Source: Acidobacteriota bacterium (GTDB taxonomy: Bacteria > Acidobacteriota > Blastocatellia > Pyrinomonadales > Pyrinomonadaceae). Taken from it: a stretch of DNA of 54,520 nt. The notes under the pieces were generated by a model, which saw only the letters and a list, made by a program, of their open reading frames with translations, had not been told where the DNA came from and did not search any database. The stretch covers positions 1 through 54,520 of the forward strand of contig JAEZJR010000271.1 of assembly GCA_023415725.1 (NCBI GenBank), in the 5' to 3' direction. This document shows positions 54,474 to 54,520 of this stretch, in pieces. The number at the start of each line of letters is the position of its first letter. The stretch's first letter is position 1. The position numbers were made by a program, and so were the translations under genes.

Positions 54474-54520
54474 CACACGCGGGGCTCGTCACCCGACAGC
54501 CCGGAACCGAAAACCAGCAG

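Noticed and set aside
1-54520. Window-wide look for CRISPR arrays, rRNA, prophage, integrase or transposase genes, toxin-antitoxin pairs and known defence-system signatures (restriction-modification, Cas, CBASS/Thoeris/Gabija-type domains).
   Set aside because: None seen. All ORFs over ~150 codons are accounted for by metabolic, signalling, envelope or EPS functions, and no direct-repeat/spacer periodicity was noticed. This is a by-eye survey, so short or degenerate elements could have been missed.

Overview
Densely coding chromosomal window, probably from an Acidobacteriota-type genome. That assignment is an inference from a secreted VWFA-type protein common in that phylum, PEP-CTERM/exosortase machinery and general gene content; I cannot verify it here.

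Layout:
(i) 1-11.3 kb: housekeeping and signalling genes. These are the ftsZ 3' end, pdxA, a response regulator with a long acidic tail, valS, nadC, a CPBP intramembrane protease and an NtrY/NtrX-like sigma-54 two-component pair.
(ii) 11.3-15.8 kb: an M3 dipeptidyl carboxypeptidase translationally coupled to an orphan peptidoglycan-binding-domain protein, plus a tandem NTF2-like lipoprotein.
(iii) 15.8-42.0 kb: a ~26-kb exosortase/PEP-CTERM exopolysaccharide locus. It encodes a small PEP-CTERM cargo, an exosortase-EpsI fusion, a Wzz-like co-polymerase, an ExeA-like ATPase, a BY-kinase, a priming sugar transferase, a Wza-like exporter and a BNR propeller. It also encodes a Wzy-like polymerase, a GT2, a Wzx-like flippase, a methyltransferase, three GT4s, a heparinase II/III-like protein, an AsnB-like amidotransferase, an AlgD-like GDP-mannose 6-dehydrogenase and a CE4 deacetylase. 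A ManC-like pyrophosphorylase lies at the left flank.
(iv) 42-46 kb: two divergently transcribed secreted proteins next to tRNA-Arg(ACG). One is a beta-propeller with a Pro/Thr linker and a jelly-roll-like domain; the other is a parallel beta-helix protein.
(v) 46.2-54.5 kb: a VWA protein, a zinc-ribbon/Ser-Thr-kinase/TPR operon, an AttH/CrtC-like protein and an ECF sigma/anti-sigma pair. The unusually long sigma/anti-sigma spacer holds a 258-bp element bounded by inverted repeats.

I saw no CRISPR array, rRNA, intact transposase or integrase, or recognisable defence system.

The strongest candidate for a system is the exosortase locus. That class is already described, so any novelty lies in specifics: the cargo domain, the fused exosortase-EpsI, the GDP-mannuronate/amidotransferase chemistry and the embedded propeller.

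All protein calls rest on motif recognition by eye from the supplied translations. No searches or computations were run.
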